Assembly: GCA_038065125.1 (NCBI GenBank)
Contig: JBBTRP010000060.1
Coordinates: forward strand, 10,848 to 48,105
Length of the DNA: 37,258 nucleotides
Direction of reading: 5' to 3'
DNA from: Patescibacteria group bacterium
Lineage (GTDB): Bacteria; Patescibacteriota; Patescibacteriia; JACQRZ01
Shown here: in pieces, positions 7,775 through 18,065 of the stretch
How the letters are laid out: each line of letters starts with the position of its first letter
How positions within the stretch are numbered: position 1 is the stretch's first letter
Made by a program: the position numbers and the translations under genes
The notes under the pieces: generated by a model
What the model was told of the DNA's origin: nothing
Database searches by the model: none
The model's input: only the letters and a program-made list of their open reading frames with translations

Positions 7775-10700
7775 ATGGCTCCACGATCCAACCGTCGCTA
7801 TTTTACGCAAGAGCACAACGTTATCCCGCTTCCCGATTTGATCGAGGTGCAGAAAGACTCGTATCGATGGTTTGTCGAATCGGGACTCAGGGAGCTACTC
7901 GAGGAGGTTTCGCCGATAAATGATTTTACCGGGCGCGATCTCGAGCTTGAGTTCGTCGACTATTATTTCGATGAGCCAAAGTTTGACGAGAAAACAAGTC
8001 TTTCAAAAAATTTGACGTACGAAAGCGCTCTCTGGATTCGCGCAAAGCTCTCAAATAAGCGGACCAACGAGGAAAAGGTCCAGGATCTCTACCTGGGCGA
8101 TTTCCCGCTCATGACCGACCGCGGGACGTTTATCGTGAACGGCGTCGAGCGCGTTGTCGTCTCTCAGCTGATTCGTTCGGCCGGTGTTTTCTTTACCTCT
8201 CAGACGTATCGCGGGTCAGACCGACGGTACTATGGAGCAAAGCTGATCCCGAATCGTGGCGCGTGGCTGGAGTTTGAAACCGATGAGAGCGGATGTATCT
8301 GGGTCAAGATCGACCGCAAGAGAAAGGTCGCCTGCACATCGCTCCTGCGCGCTTTCGGATTTGCCTCAAACGAGGAGATCCTTCCGCTCTTTTCCGCCGT
8401 CGACACGCACCCCGACACAAAATATCTCGAGGCAACCCTGGAAAAAGACAATGCGCACGACGAACTCTCAGGCCTCGTCGAAATTTACAAGCGCATCCGT
8501 CCGGGAGATCTCGCGACCCCCGATAACGCGCGCACGCTTATCCATGATATGTTTTTCCGGTTCGACCGGTATGACTTGGGTAGGGTCGGACGCCATAAGA
8601 TGAACCAGCGATTTGGGCTCGACTACTCTCCCAAGACCAAAGACGGGCGCGTGCTGAAACGGGAAGACATCGTCGCGCTGATTTCAGAAATCATCAACTA
8701 CAACAACTCGCAGAAAGAGCCGGATGACATCGACCATCTCGGCAACCGCCGCATCCGCGCGGTCGGCGAGTTGATTCAAAACAAATTCCGCGTCGGTCTC
8801 GTCCGTATGGAGCGCATCATCAAAGATCGCATGAGCACCCTGGATGTGACGACGCTTTCCCCGACAAAACTCATCAATGCGCGGCCGGTCATCATCGCAG
8901 TCAAGGAGTTCTTCATGTCTTCGCAGCTCTCTCAGTTCATGGACCAGACCAATCCGCTCTCAGAGCTGGAGCATAAGCGCAGAATCTCGGCACTGGGGCC
9001 GGGCGGACTCTCCCGCGAACGCGCGGGTTTTGAGGTGCGCGATGTGCACCCGACCCACTACGGTCGAATCTGTCCGATTGCCACTCCCGAAGGGCCCAAC
9101 ATTGGTTTGGTTGGCCACCTTGCATCCTACGCGCGACTCAATGAGTTTGGATTTATCGAAACCCCGTTTCGCATCATCGTGAAGGAGGTCGCAAATGACG
9201 GAAGTGCCGGCGTTGGCGAGATCGTACGGAGCGATATTGTTAAGCCTGACACGCACGAGGTGCTTGGTACTGCAGGAGAAATTATCGATGCGGTAAAGGC
9301 AAAAGAACTTTCTAAACATGCCGCAGTGTTCCCGACTCTCTTGGTTAAGCCGCGCGTCACCGAGACGGTCATTTATCTTGATGCATTTGTCGAAGAGCGA
9401 CACATCACCACCGCCGCGACTACGCCATTGGATCCGAAAGGATATTTTGTAAACGACAAGGCTGAGATGCGTAAGTACGGTCAGCCGTCATTCGATTCGG
9501 TTGAGCTCATTGACTATATGGACGTCGCGCCGAATCAGATCGTGTCAGTCTCGACATCACTCATTCCTTTTCTCGAACATGACGACGCGGCACGCGCGCT
9601 CATGGGATCAAACATGCAGCGCCAAGCGGTGCCGCTCGTGCGCCCGCAGGCGCCCATGGTGGGAACCGGCGTTGAGGGGCGAGCCGCGTACGACTCGGGC
9701 CGTCTCACGGTCAGCGAAGTAGACGGAACCGTCATTGGCGTGGAAGGAGACCAGATTACCGTTCAGACCGAGACTGAGGAGGTCAAGACCTATGGCCTCG
9801 CAAAATTTCTCCGCTCAAACGCCTCAACCTGTATCAATCAAAAACCGATCGTGAATCGCGGTGATACCGTCACTAAGGGAACTGTGCTTGCCGACGGTCC
9901 CGCAACGCAGAACGGTGAGCTCGCGCTGGGACAAAACGTCCTGGTCGGATTCATGTCGTGGGAGCTCGGGAATTACGAAGACGCCATCCTCATTTCCGAG
10001 CGCATGGTGCACGACGACCGGTTCACCTCAATTCATATTGAGAATTACATGCTCGCGGTTCGCGACACGAAACTCGGCCCCGAGATCATTACGCGCGATA
10101 TTCCTAACGTAAGCGAAGAGAAGCTCAAAGACCTCGACGAGGACGGAATTGTTCGGATCGGTGCGGAGGTCTCATCCGGAGACATTCTCGTGGGTAAAAT
10201 CACCCCCAAAGGGGAGACTGAGCTCTCACCGGAAGAAAAACTGTTACGCGCGATTTTTGGAGAGAAGGCAAAGGATATCCGAGACTCATCCCTCTATTTG
10301 GAACATGGTGAGCACGGCAAAGTGATCGATGTGAAGATCTTCTCGCGCGAGGGCGGCGACAAACTCCCCTCCGGTGTGATCAAGAATATCCAGGTGACGG
10401 TAGCGCACTTGAGAAAAATCCAAGTAGGCGACAAGATGGCGGGCCGCCACGGAAACAAAGGCGTCATTTCCCGCGTCGTTTCGATCGAAGACATGCCGCA
10501 TCTTCCCGACGGCCGCACCATCGATATCGTGCTCTCACCACTGGGTATCATCTCCCGTATGAACTTGGGACAGATTCTGGAAACGCATTTGGGAATGGCC
10601 GCTCGTCGACTTCATTTTACCGTGGCGACACCGCCACTGGACGGCATCGGCGAACCGCAAATTAAACGACTCCTGGCCGAGGCAGGATTCCCTGAAGACG

Positions 10701-11128
10701 GAAAGCGCAATCTCATCGATGGGCGCAACGGCGATCAGTTCGCCAATGCCACGGTGGTCGGTAAAATGTATATGATGAAGCTCATCCATATGGTGGAGGA
10801 CAAGATTCACCAACGCTCGATCGGACCGTACTCACTAATTACACAGCAGCCGCTTGGCGGTAAAGCGCAGTCTGGGGGACAACGGTTCGGAGAGATGGAG
10901 GTGTGGGCGCTGGAAGCCTATGGCGCAGCACACACATTGCAGGAAATTTTGACCATCAAATCGGACGACGTCACCGGCCGTTCAAAGGCGTATGAGGCGA
11001 TCATCAAAGGCGAAAAAATCATGAAGCTCAACGTGCCGGAAGCCTTCAATGTGTTGGTACGCGAATTGAAGGGCCTCTCCCTTGATGTGGAGCTGCTTAA
11101 AGAGCACGATCGAGAAGAAAAAGACTAA
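7775..11128 (+). CDS. rpoB: DNA-directed RNA polymerase subunit beta
   Basis: [67 protein letters not shown]. Confidence 0.99.
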   Translation: MAPRSNRRYFTQEHNVIPLPDLIEVQKDSYRWFVESGLRELLEEVSPINDFTGRDLELEFVDYYFDEPKFDEKTSLSKNLTYESALWIRAKLSNKRTNEEKVQDLYLGDFPLMTDRGTFIVNGVERVVVSQLIRSAGVFFTSQTYRGSDRRYYGAKLIPNRGAWLEFETDESGCIWVKIDRKRKVACTSLLRAFGFASNEEILPLFSAVDTHPDTKYLEATLEKDNAHDELSGLVEIYKRIRPGDLATPDNARTLIHDMFFRFDRYDLGRVGRHKMNQRFGLDYSPKTKDGRVLKREDIVALISEIINYNNSQKEPDDIDHLGNRRIRAVGELIQNKFRVGLVRMERIIKDRMSTLDVTTLSPTKLINARPVIIAVKEFFMSSQLSQFMDQTNPLSELEHKRRISALGPGGLSRERAGFEVRDVHPTHYGRICPIATPEGPNIGLVGHLASYARLNEFGFIETPFRIIVKEVANDGSAGVGEIVRSDIVKPDTHEVLGTAGEIIDAVKAKELSKHAAVFPTLLVKPRVTETVIYLDAFVEERHITTAATTPLDPKGYFVNDKAEMRKYGQPSFDSVELIDYMDVAPNQIVSVSTSLIPFLEHDDAARALMGSNMQRQAVPLVRPQAPMVGTGVEGRAAYDSGRLTVSEVDGTVIGVEGDQITVQTETEEVKTYGLAKFLRSNASTCINQKPIVNRGDTVTKGTVLADGPATQNGELALGQNVLVGFMSWELGNYEDAILISERMVHDDRFTSIHIENYMLAVRDTKLGPEIITRDIPNVSEEKLKDLDEDGIVRIGAEVSSGDILVGKITPKGETELSPEEKLLRAIFGEKAKDIRDSSLYLEHGEHGKVIDVKIFSREGGDKLPSGVIKNIQVTVAHLRKIQVGDKMAGRHGNKGVISRVVSIEDMPHLPDGRTIDIVLSPLGIISRMNLGQILETHLGMAARRLHFTVATPPLDGIGEPQIKRLLAEAGFPEDGKRNLIDGRNGDQFANATVVGKMYMMKLIHMVEDKIHQRSIGPYSLITQQPLGGKAQSGGQRFGEMEVWALEAYGAAHTLQEILTIKSDDVTGRSKAYEAIIKGEKIMKLNVPEAFNVLVRELKGLSLDVELLKEHDREEKD

Positions 11129-11139
11129 CCACTACCACC

Positions 11140-14100
11140 ATGGGACCTGAAGAAAAAAAAGACTCTATCCAAATTTTTGACTTCGAGGCGATCAGATTGA
11201 AAGTCGCCTCACCCGACGACATCCACCGATGGTCGTACGGCGAGGTAACTCGCCCGGAAACTATTAATTACCGGACGCAGCGACCTGAAAAGGACGGTCT
11301 TTTTTCTGAGCGTATTTTCGGCCCGACCAAAGACTGGGAGTGCTACTGCGGAAAATACAAAAAGATCCGCTACAAGGGCATTATTTGCGACAAGTGCAGC
11401 GTCGAGGTGACGCGCTCGATCGTTCGGCGTGAACGGATGGGCCACATCGACCTCGCCGCTCCGGTATCCCACATCTGGTTTCTGCGCGGTGTGCCGTCAA
11501 AGATCGGCCTAACACTGGATATCTCTGTTCAGAATCTAGAAAAGATCATCTACTTCGCGAGCTTCATTATTATTTCCGTCAACGAGGCACTGAAAACCGA
11601 AACGGTCGCGCAGATCGATGAGGAGGCGAAAAGCAAAAAGAAACAGATCGATAATGAGTTTAATCAAAAAACCCAAGCGCTCCGCAATCGCCTGGAAAAA
11701 GAGGGGGCCAAAGAAGAGCTCATCGACAAACAGATTTCTGAGATCTTGAAGGAAAAAGCTGCCGCTCTTTCGGGACTGGATGAGCGAGTACACCTTGCCG
11801 AGACTGAACTCAAAGATCTCAAGCCCCTCAAGATCATTTCTGAAAATACCTATCGCGACCTCTCCGTGCGGTATGGCCATCTTTTTGAAGCCGGCATTGG
11901 CGCAGAAGCCTTGCGCACGCTCCTTTCTTCGACCGATCTGAAAGCCCTTGAGAAAAAACTCGAGACAGAACTTGAGACCGCGCAGGGCTTGAAGCGGGAG
12001 AAGCTGGTGCGGCGGGTGAAGCTCGTTAAGAGTTTTATCGTCAACAGCATCCGCCCCGAGTGGATGATCCTCAATGTCGTCCCGATCATTCCGCCAGATC
12101 TTCGCCCCATGGTTGCGCTGGACGGCGGGCGTTTTGCAACATCCGATCTCAACGATCTCTATCGCCGCGTCATCAATCGCAATAATCGCCTCAAGCAACT
12201 CATCGACTTGAAGGCGCCAGAGGTCATCTGTCGTAACGAAAAGCGTATGTTACAGGAAGCGGTCGATGCGCTCATCGACAACAGTGCACGGCATGGCAAG
12301 ACCGTCATCGCATCAACGGGCCAAAAGCGCATGCTCAAGAGTCTTGCTGATATGCTTAAAGGAAAGCGCGGTCGCTTCCGTCAGAACCTCTTGGGAAAAC
12401 GTATTGACTACTCGGGCCGCAGCGTGATTGTCGTTGGGCCGCACCTCAAACTCCATCAGTGTGGACTCCCCAAGCGCATGGCGCTCGACCTCTTCAAGCC
12501 GTTCGTGATGGGGGAGCTCATTAAGCAGGGGCACGTGTACAACGTCCGCAGTGCGTCGCGATTCATCGAGTCCGGACGCGATGAGGTATGGGATATTCTT
12601 GAAGAGATCATCAAGGGCGCGTACGTGCTTCTCAACCGCGCGCCGACCCTTCACCGCTTGGGTATTCAAGCTTTCAAGCCGGTGCTCATCGAGGGTAAGG
12701 CGATTCAGATTCATCCGCTCGTGTGTACAGCGTTCAATGCCGACTTTGATGGCGACCAGATGGCCGTACACGTTCCGTTGTCCGATGAGGCGCGGTGGGA
12801 GGCGGAAAACATCATGCTCTCAAGCCGCAATCTACTCAAGCCCGCAACCGGAAGCCCGATCGCCGTCCCGATCCAGGACATTGTCTGGGGCGCATTTTAC
12901 ATGACACATATTCCGGATGCCGAATATGCGCGGGACGAAAAATCCATAAAACGTTTCGCTGACGAGCATGAAGCGACTGTCGCGTATTCGGCCGGAATCA
13001 TCGGCCTTCAGGAAAAAATCATCGTGAACCCCTCACCGGAACTTCTCGTACGTCTTCATCAGAAAGATGCGGAGTCGCACCATCTGGAGACGTGTGTCGG
13101 TCGGATTCTCTTCAACCAGATTTTTCCCGCGCCCGTGCCGTTTTGCAATAATAAGGTAGACAAGAAGGTCATGGGAGAAATCATCTCGCTGTGCCTGGAG
13201 CTTCTCGGCATGGCGGAGACTGCAAAAATTCTTGACGACATCAAAGATCTTTGTGGAGAGTACCTGACGCAGTCCGGTCTCTCGTTTGGCATGGACGACA
13301 TTCCCACACTGACCGAAAAACCCGAGATTATCAAAAAGACGGAGAAGCGGATCGACGAGATCGAGCAGCAGTATGAGATGGGCCTCCTCACCTTCTATGA
13401 GCGGAGAAACCGTATCATCACTGTGTGGACGGAGACACGCGATATACTCGCAAAACTCTCCAAGGCTTCCCTGGACCGAACCAGTTCGGTGTTCTCCATT
13501 ATCGAGTCCGGCGCTCGCGGAACCTGGGCGCAGCTCAATCAAATTGTCGGCATGAAGGGACTCCTGGCAAGCCCGTCCGGAGAAATTATCGAGCTCGCAG
13601 TCAAAAGCAGTTTTAAAGAAGGACTGGGGGTGCTTGAGTATTTCATCTCGACGCACGGCGCGCGAAAAGGATTGGTGGATACGGCTTTGAGAACCTCAAA
13701 CGCCGGATACCTCACCCGCCGTCTCGTTGACGTGTCGCAGGATGTGGTGGTCACCGACAGTGACTGCGGAGACAAGAAGGGAATTGAAATGATCAAAAGC
13801 GAATCCGACGCGATTGGACTGGATATGTATGACCGCACCGTCGGGCGCGCCGCCGCCGCTGACGTTTCCGGGAAGGACGGCGAGGTGCTGATCAAACGGA
13901 ATGAGCTCTTTACGAAAGAACATGCGCACATCTTGCGCACTGCGGGCGTTGAATCTCTCACGATCCGGTCGATCCTCACCTGTAAGTCGGTCCGCGGCGT
14001 TTGTCAGCGCTGCTACGGATTGGATCCGGCATACAACGATCTCGTCAAGCTCGGGACGGCGGTCGGCATCATTGCGGCGCAAAGTCTTGGCGAACCGGGA

Positions 14101-15168
14101 ACGCAACTCACCATGAGAACCTTCCATACTGGCGGTGTCGCGGGCGTTGACATCACACAAGGCTTGCCGCGCGTCGAAGAGCTTTTTGAAGGGCGCGCGC
14201 CCAAGAACCGGGCCGTGATTGCCGAAGTCGCAGGTCGCGTGTCCGTGACGGAAAAACAGAGAACAACCGCGACTGGTGATGGCAAGGAGGTCGCAAAGAC
14301 CGCGCCGAACCAGAAGATTGTCGCAATTCATTATTCAGACACGGAAGACGAACTCTATAAGTTCTCGACCCGCAAGAAGGAGGACGACACTGAGGAAGGC
14401 ACTGACGAGATCATCGAAGAGAAAAAAGCAGCGCCGAAAAAGAAAAAAACGAAACTCGAAATTCGCGTGGTCGAAGGCGCGAATGTTGCCACAGGAGACG
14501 TACTCTTCGTGACCACTTCCGGGATCGAGGTGGCCGCACGGCGCCCCGGGGTCGTGACGCAAGTGGGAAAGACGGGCCTCAAAATATCCGTCGTGAGCGA
14601 GAGTATCCGCGAGTCCATCGTTCCCTCCAATACGTATGTGCTGGTCAAAGACGGGGATCTGGTGGGTGTCGGCGATCAACTGACCGAAGGCAACCTCGAC
14701 CTTCAGACGCTCTACCGCTACAAAGGGCGCAACCGGACACAGCATTACATTATCAACGAGATTCAGCACATCTATTTTTCTCAAGGTCAAAAGCTCAACG
14801 ACAAGCACATCGAGGTGATTGTGCGCCAAATGTTCTCGCGTATTGCGGTGACCGATGCGGGCGAGACCGATCTTCTGTCCGGAGAGATCGTCGAGAGAAC
14901 CGAGTTTTTGGAATCAAATGCAAAGGCGCGAAAGACAGAGCTCAAGGAGGCAAAAGGCGATGAGCTCCTCATGGGAATCACGAAGGCGTCGCTCTCCACC
15001 CGTAGCTGGTTGTCTGCAGCATCCTTCCAAGAGACGGCGCGCGTCCTCATCAATGCCGCCGTCACCGGCAAGGCAGACCACCTCGAAGGACTCAAAGAAA
15101 ATGTCATCATCGGCCGACTGATTCCGGTTGGAACCGGCTACCAGGTCCGCAAACGGCGAGAGCGATAA
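11140..15168 (+). CDS. rpoC: DNA-directed RNA polymerase subunit beta'
   Basis: Zn finger ECYCGKYK...CDKC, catalytic NADFDGD, bridge helix [43 protein letters not shown]. Confidence 0.99.
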   Translation: MGPEEKKDSIQIFDFEAIRLKVASPDDIHRWSYGEVTRPETINYRTQRPEKDGLFSERIFGPTKDWECYCGKYKKIRYKGIICDKCSVEVTRSIVRRERMGHIDLAAPVSHIWFLRGVPSKIGLTLDISVQNLEKIIYFASFIIISVNEALKTETVAQIDEEAKSKKKQIDNEFNQKTQALRNRLEKEGAKEELIDKQISEILKEKAAALSGLDERVHLAETELKDLKPLKIISENTYRDLSVRYGHLFEAGIGAEALRTLLSSTDLKALEKKLETELETAQGLKREKLVRRVKLVKSFIVNSIRPEWMILNVVPIIPPDLRPMVALDGGRFATSDLNDLYRRVINRNNRLKQLIDLKAPEVICRNEKRMLQEAVDALIDNSARHGKTVIASTGQKRMLKSLADMLKGKRGRFRQNLLGKRIDYSGRSVIVVGPHLKLHQCGLPKRMALDLFKPFVMGELIKQGHVYNVRSASRFIESGRDEVWDILEEIIKGAYVLLNRAPTLHRLGIQAFKPVLIEGKAIQIHPLVCTAFNADFDGDQMAVHVPLSDEARWEAENIMLSSRNLLKPATGSPIAVPIQDIVWGAFYMTHIPDAEYARDEKSIKRFADEHEATVAYSAGIIGLQEKIIVNPSPELLVRLHQKDAESHHLETCVGRILFNQIFPAPVPFCNNKVDKKVMGEIISLCLELLGMAETAKILDDIKDLCGEYLTQSGLSFGMDDIPTLTEKPEIIKKTEKRIDEIEQQYEMGLLTFYERRNRIITVWTETRDILAKLSKASLDRTSSVFSIIESGARGTWAQLNQIVGMKGLLASPSGEIIELAVKSSFKEGLGVLEYFISTHGARKGLVDTALRTSNAGYLTRRLVDVSQDVVVTDSDCGDKKGIEMIKSESDAIGLDMYDRTVGRAAAADVSGKDGEVLIKRNELFTKEHAHILRTAGVESLTIRSILTCKSVRGVCQRCYGLDPAYNDLVKLGTAVGIIAAQSLGEPGTQLTMRTFHTGGVAGVDITQGLPRVEELFEGRAPKNRAVIAEVAGRVSVTEKQRTTATGDGKEVAKTAPNQKIVAIHYSDTEDELYKFSTRKKEDDTEEGTDEIIEEKKAAPKKKKTKLEIRVVEGANVATGDVLFVTTSGIEVAARRPGVVTQVGKTGLKISVVSESIRESIVPSNTYVLVKDGDLVGVGDQLTEGNLDLQTLYRYKGRNRTQHYIINEIQHIYFSQGQKLNDKHIEVIVRQMFSRIAVTDAGETDLLSGEIVERTEFLESNAKARKTELKEAKGDELLMGITKASLSTRSWLSAASFQETARVLINAAVTGKADHLEGLKENVIIGRLIPVGTGYQVRKRRER

Positions 15169-15185
15169 GCGCTTCGACTCGTGCA

Positions 15186-15989
15186 ATGAATACTCAGCAC
15201 CCTCAAATACTTACCGCTGCCATCGAGTTCGCGCGGGCAGTCGCTCCGCTTTTTGTGGAGCGATTTGGTAATGCAGGCAGCGTTGAACGCAAAGAGGGAA
15301 ATGCGCGTAATCTGGTCAGCGAAACAGATCAGGAGATCGAGCGGCGTTTGCGCGCGATGATCTCAGAGCGATTTGCAGACCACGCGATCGTCGGAGAAGA
15401 GGGGATAAGCGACTGGACCGAGGCGCAGAAGAAAGAATTCGTCTGGATCCTCGATCCCATCGACGGCACCACCAATTATATTCAAGGCATTCCATATTGC
15501 TGTATCTCCATCGGTGTCTTTCGTCAGGGAGCGCCTCACGTCGGCGTCATTTATAATCCGATTAGTGACACGCTCTACGCAAGCGAGACAGGAGCGGGGG
15601 CGACAAAGAATGGTATACCGATTCATACGTCCGACACCCGAGAGCTGCCCGCGGCATTCGGGTCGGTCGGATGGGATCGCGACCTTGCTGCCGGGCAAGA
15701 ACTCATCTCCTCGCTCATTTCTCAGGCGCGAAAGCTGCGGGTGTTCGGATCGCACGCGCTTAGTATGTGTGCGGTTGCGGACGGGTCGTGTGATTTTTTC
15801 TTCAATGCAGGGACCGGGGCTCATCTGTGGGATGTCGCGGCGGCACAGTGTATCGTGTCAGAGGCGGGTGGGTTGACCACCGATCGGTCGGGTGCGTCTC
15901 TCACGGCATTTGAAAACATCAATCGGATCGTCTGTGCTTCGACCACGGATTTGCACGGACAACTTCTCAATATCGCTCAGAGTTTTTAA
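15186..15989 (+). CDS. Inositol monophosphatase family protein (SuhB-like)
   Basis: VGEEG, WILDPIDGTTNY, WDVAAA...EAGG metal-binding motifs. Confidence 0.92.
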   Translation: MNTQHPQILTAAIEFARAVAPLFVERFGNAGSVERKEGNARNLVSETDQEIERRLRAMISERFADHAIVGEEGISDWTEAQKKEFVWILDPIDGTTNYIQGIPYCCISIGVFRQGAPHVGVIYNPISDTLYASETGAGATKNGIPIHTSDTRELPAAFGSVGWDRDLAAGQELISSLISQARKLRVFGSHALSMCAVADGSCDFFFNAGTGAHLWDVAAAQCIVSEAGGLTTDRSGASLTAFENINRIVCASTTDLHGQLLNIAQSF

Positions 15990-16010
15990 AAGTCTGTCAG
16001 GTGAAAATGA

Positions 16011-16046
16011 AGAGACCGCGACTTGAATGTTCGTCGCGGTCTTTTG
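16011..16046. terminator. Intrinsic terminator between convergent genes (likely bidirectional)
   Basis: AGAGACCGCGAC-10 nt-GTCGCGGTCTTT followed by T-rich tail. Confidence 0.8.
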
Positions 16047-16061
16047 TATGTTGCCACCGGA

Positions 16062-17015
16062 TTAGGCGACTATAATTTCGCGCATCAGCACGCGGAATTT
16101 TACCACCCGTTCCAGGTATTCTTCCACGCTTGGCGACTCCACCATGCGGGTTAGTTCGGAGACAGAGCCCAGAATCGCTTTGCGATCATCTCTCCCGCCA
16201 ATGACGCGGACCGCAAACTCGCGCAGCGCGTCCGTGTGCATTGGGCCGATCAGATCGAGTGCGCGGAGTCGTGCATACACGTTTGCCGTCTCAAGGTCCC
16301 GGTCGGGGAGATGGGAGAATCGGGACAGCATTTCTGAACGCAACATCTCCGGAAGACACCGATCTAGGGCGGCCAAAAAGACCGACTCCAGAGCGGGGTC
16401 GAGGAGCATGAGGTCAAGCCGCAAGCGCCGCAGGATCCCGAACGCCGTGAATTTGCGCGCCTCCTCGCACGCAAAGATGATCGAGTCCGCGGGGTTGGGG
16501 TAGTGCAGGCTCGTCTGCCCGTCGAACTTGACGTACGACGGGAAGATGTCCACATAGCGCACCCCATGTCCGTTCAGGGAAAAGTTGGAAAGGAACGCGT
16601 CGATGCCGACCTCGTGCGTGCCTCGCACAAGAAGGCCGGTGATAGCGGTAACGATCCCTTCGACGACCTCGCGAGCCCGATCCGGCTGATCTCTGATGAT
16701 CTTTGCGCAGTCCGTCCCTTCATGTGAGATGTGGTGGACCGGAAAGCCGTCCTCACGGACCTCCATGTCGTACTGCTCCGGAAGGGGAACGTTGTATCCC
16801 CGTAGCCGTTCAATGAAGGCGGCCGCGATGGCGTTGATGTGTTCCGCTTCGCGCGCGCGCGCATCGGGTTCGAGTGCCTCAAGGATTCCCGGGCAGGGAA
16901 CTTTGAGAATGTAGGGTCCTTTTCCGTTTCGGACGGAAAGGACCAGGCCATATTTGGCGGAATATCTTTCGACCACTTCCACCCCATACGATTGGCACAG
17001 GGCCTTCTCGTCCAC
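16062..17015 (-). CDS. Hypothetical protein with protein-kinase-like (PKL) fold signatures
   Basis: 317 aa; GTG start with perfect SD TAAGGAGG 7 nt upstream. YILK38VP (beta3 Lys), VPLPE, GID139AFLSN144F (DxxxxN catalytic loop), YVD156IFP (DFG equivalent). Confidence 0.7.
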   Translation of the reverse strand: MDEKALCQSYGVEVVERYSAKYGLVLSVRNGKGPYILKVPCPGILEALEPDARAREAEHINAIAAAFIERLRGYNVPLPEQYDMEVREDGFPVHHISHEGTDCAKIIRDQPDRAREVVEGIVTAITGLLVRGTHEVGIDAFLSNFSLNGHGVRYVDIFPSYVKFDGQTSLHYPNPADSIIFACEEARKFTAFGILRRLRLDLMLLDPALESVFLAALDRCLPEMLRSEMLSRFSHLPDRDLETANVYARLRALDLIGPMHTDALREFAVRVIGGRDDRKAILGSVSELTRMVESPSVEEYLERVVKFRVLMREIIVA

Positions 17016-17114
17016 GGTACTTCCTCCTTAACACGTCAAGGTACTCACTCGGAGAATCACGATGATTCCGAGTCGGTTCTTTCCTTTCTTAGCGGTCTCG
17101 CCAAAAAGAAAGAA

Positions 17115-17924
17115 TCAACTCGAAAGATCGCTTACATCCTCCCACGTTCCATCAAATGCATAACCGGACAGGCGACCTTCTTCGGCAAGGCGGGGAAATA
17201 CGTCACGTTCAAGTTTGAGCGCGTCGGGAGCTATGTATCGAAAGAGTGCAGGTTCCATGACGTACACGCCGGCGTTCACCAGATGAGAGAAGGTTGTCGG
17301 GTTTTCTGGCTTCTCTTCAAAGCTCGCAATCCGTGATCCCTGCAACCTCGCAAGACCCCACATGGAGACGTGCTCGACAGAGGTGAGCGTCATGGTCGCG
17401 ATCGATCCGCGCTGTTGTTTATGAAATTCCAACAGATCCAAAATATTGAGGTCTGTCAACACGTCTCCGTAGAGAACGATAAAGCTTCCCGATCCCATCG
17501 CAGCTTGTGCTGCACGAAGTGGTTGCGCGGTGCCGGGGGCAAGTCCGTCCTGGGAGAGATAGACGAGTGAGACTCCAAATTTTTCACCCGTTCCAAAAAA
17601 ACTTTTGATGCGTTCGGAGCCCGTGCCGCAGGAGATCACGATATCATCAAGACCCCGCTCGTGAAGACCAGTGATGGTATGCTCCAAAAGAGGCTTTCCG
17701 AAAATCGGAAGCATTGCTTTTGGAATGACCTTTCCAGAGTCAGGATCCTTTACGCCTTTTCCGCCGGCAAGAATCAAAACCTTTACCGGATGATGGTGTG
17801 TCGCTTTTGAGAGGAGCGATTCGATCGCGTGGGAGCGATTGCGGATTTTTTGCCCGTCAATGAGGGAGTCGATCTTTTCCAAAAGATCTTTGCGCAGCGT
17901 GATGGTAAGACGTTCGCGAGTCAT
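17115..17924 (-). CDS. Ribbon-helix-helix (CopG/NikR-like) domain fused to a sugar-phosphate nucleotidyltransferase-like domain
   Basis: N-terminus MTRERLTITLRKDLLEKIDSLI...NRSHAIESLL (RHH pattern), then ILAGGKG, PKAML, YGDVL, FEEKP, VNAGVY, WED. Start taken at ATG 17924; alternative 17942. Confidence 0.88.
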   Translation of the reverse strand: MTRERLTITLRKDLLEKIDSLIDGQKIRNRSHAIESLLSKATHHHPVKVLILAGGKGVKDPDSGKVIPKAMLPIFGKPLLEHTITGLHERGLDDIVISCGTGSERIKSFFGTGEKFGVSLVYLSQDGLAPGTAQPLRAAQAAMGSGSFIVLYGDVLTDLNILDLLEFHKQQRGSIATMTLTSVEHVSMWGLARLQGSRIASFEEKPENPTTFSHLVNAGVYVMEPALFRYIAPDALKLERDVFPRLAEEGRLSGYAFDGTWEDVSDLSS

Positions 17925-17935
17925 GGGGGAGGTGA

Positions 17936-17975
17936 ATATCATATATTATCATACATCATCATACAAATCGTGCAA
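17936..17975 (-). promoter_or_regulatory. Promoter of the RHH fusion overlapped by three TATGAT direct repeats at 10-bp period (putative operator)
   Basis: Plus strand ATCATA at 17938, 17948, 17958; minus strand TTGCAC-16 nt-TATGAT. Confidence 0.55.
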
Positions 17976-18022
17976 ACCTTATTTTTCCGATGGTTTTGAG
18001 GGGATATGCACAGGATGACGTG

Positions 18023-18051
18023 TTGTACTGCCGCATAAAGAGGCGTATACT
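18023..18051 (+). promoter_or_regulatory. Sigma70 promoter of ftsK
   Basis: TTGTAC-17 nt-TATACT. Confidence 0.6.
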
Positions 18052-18065
18052 TTACTATACACACC

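Noticed and set aside
7775-15168. Inteins or introns in rpoB/rpoC (also checked recA)
   Set aside because: Lengths are normal, inserts are short, and no intein terminal or homing-endonuclease motifs were seen.
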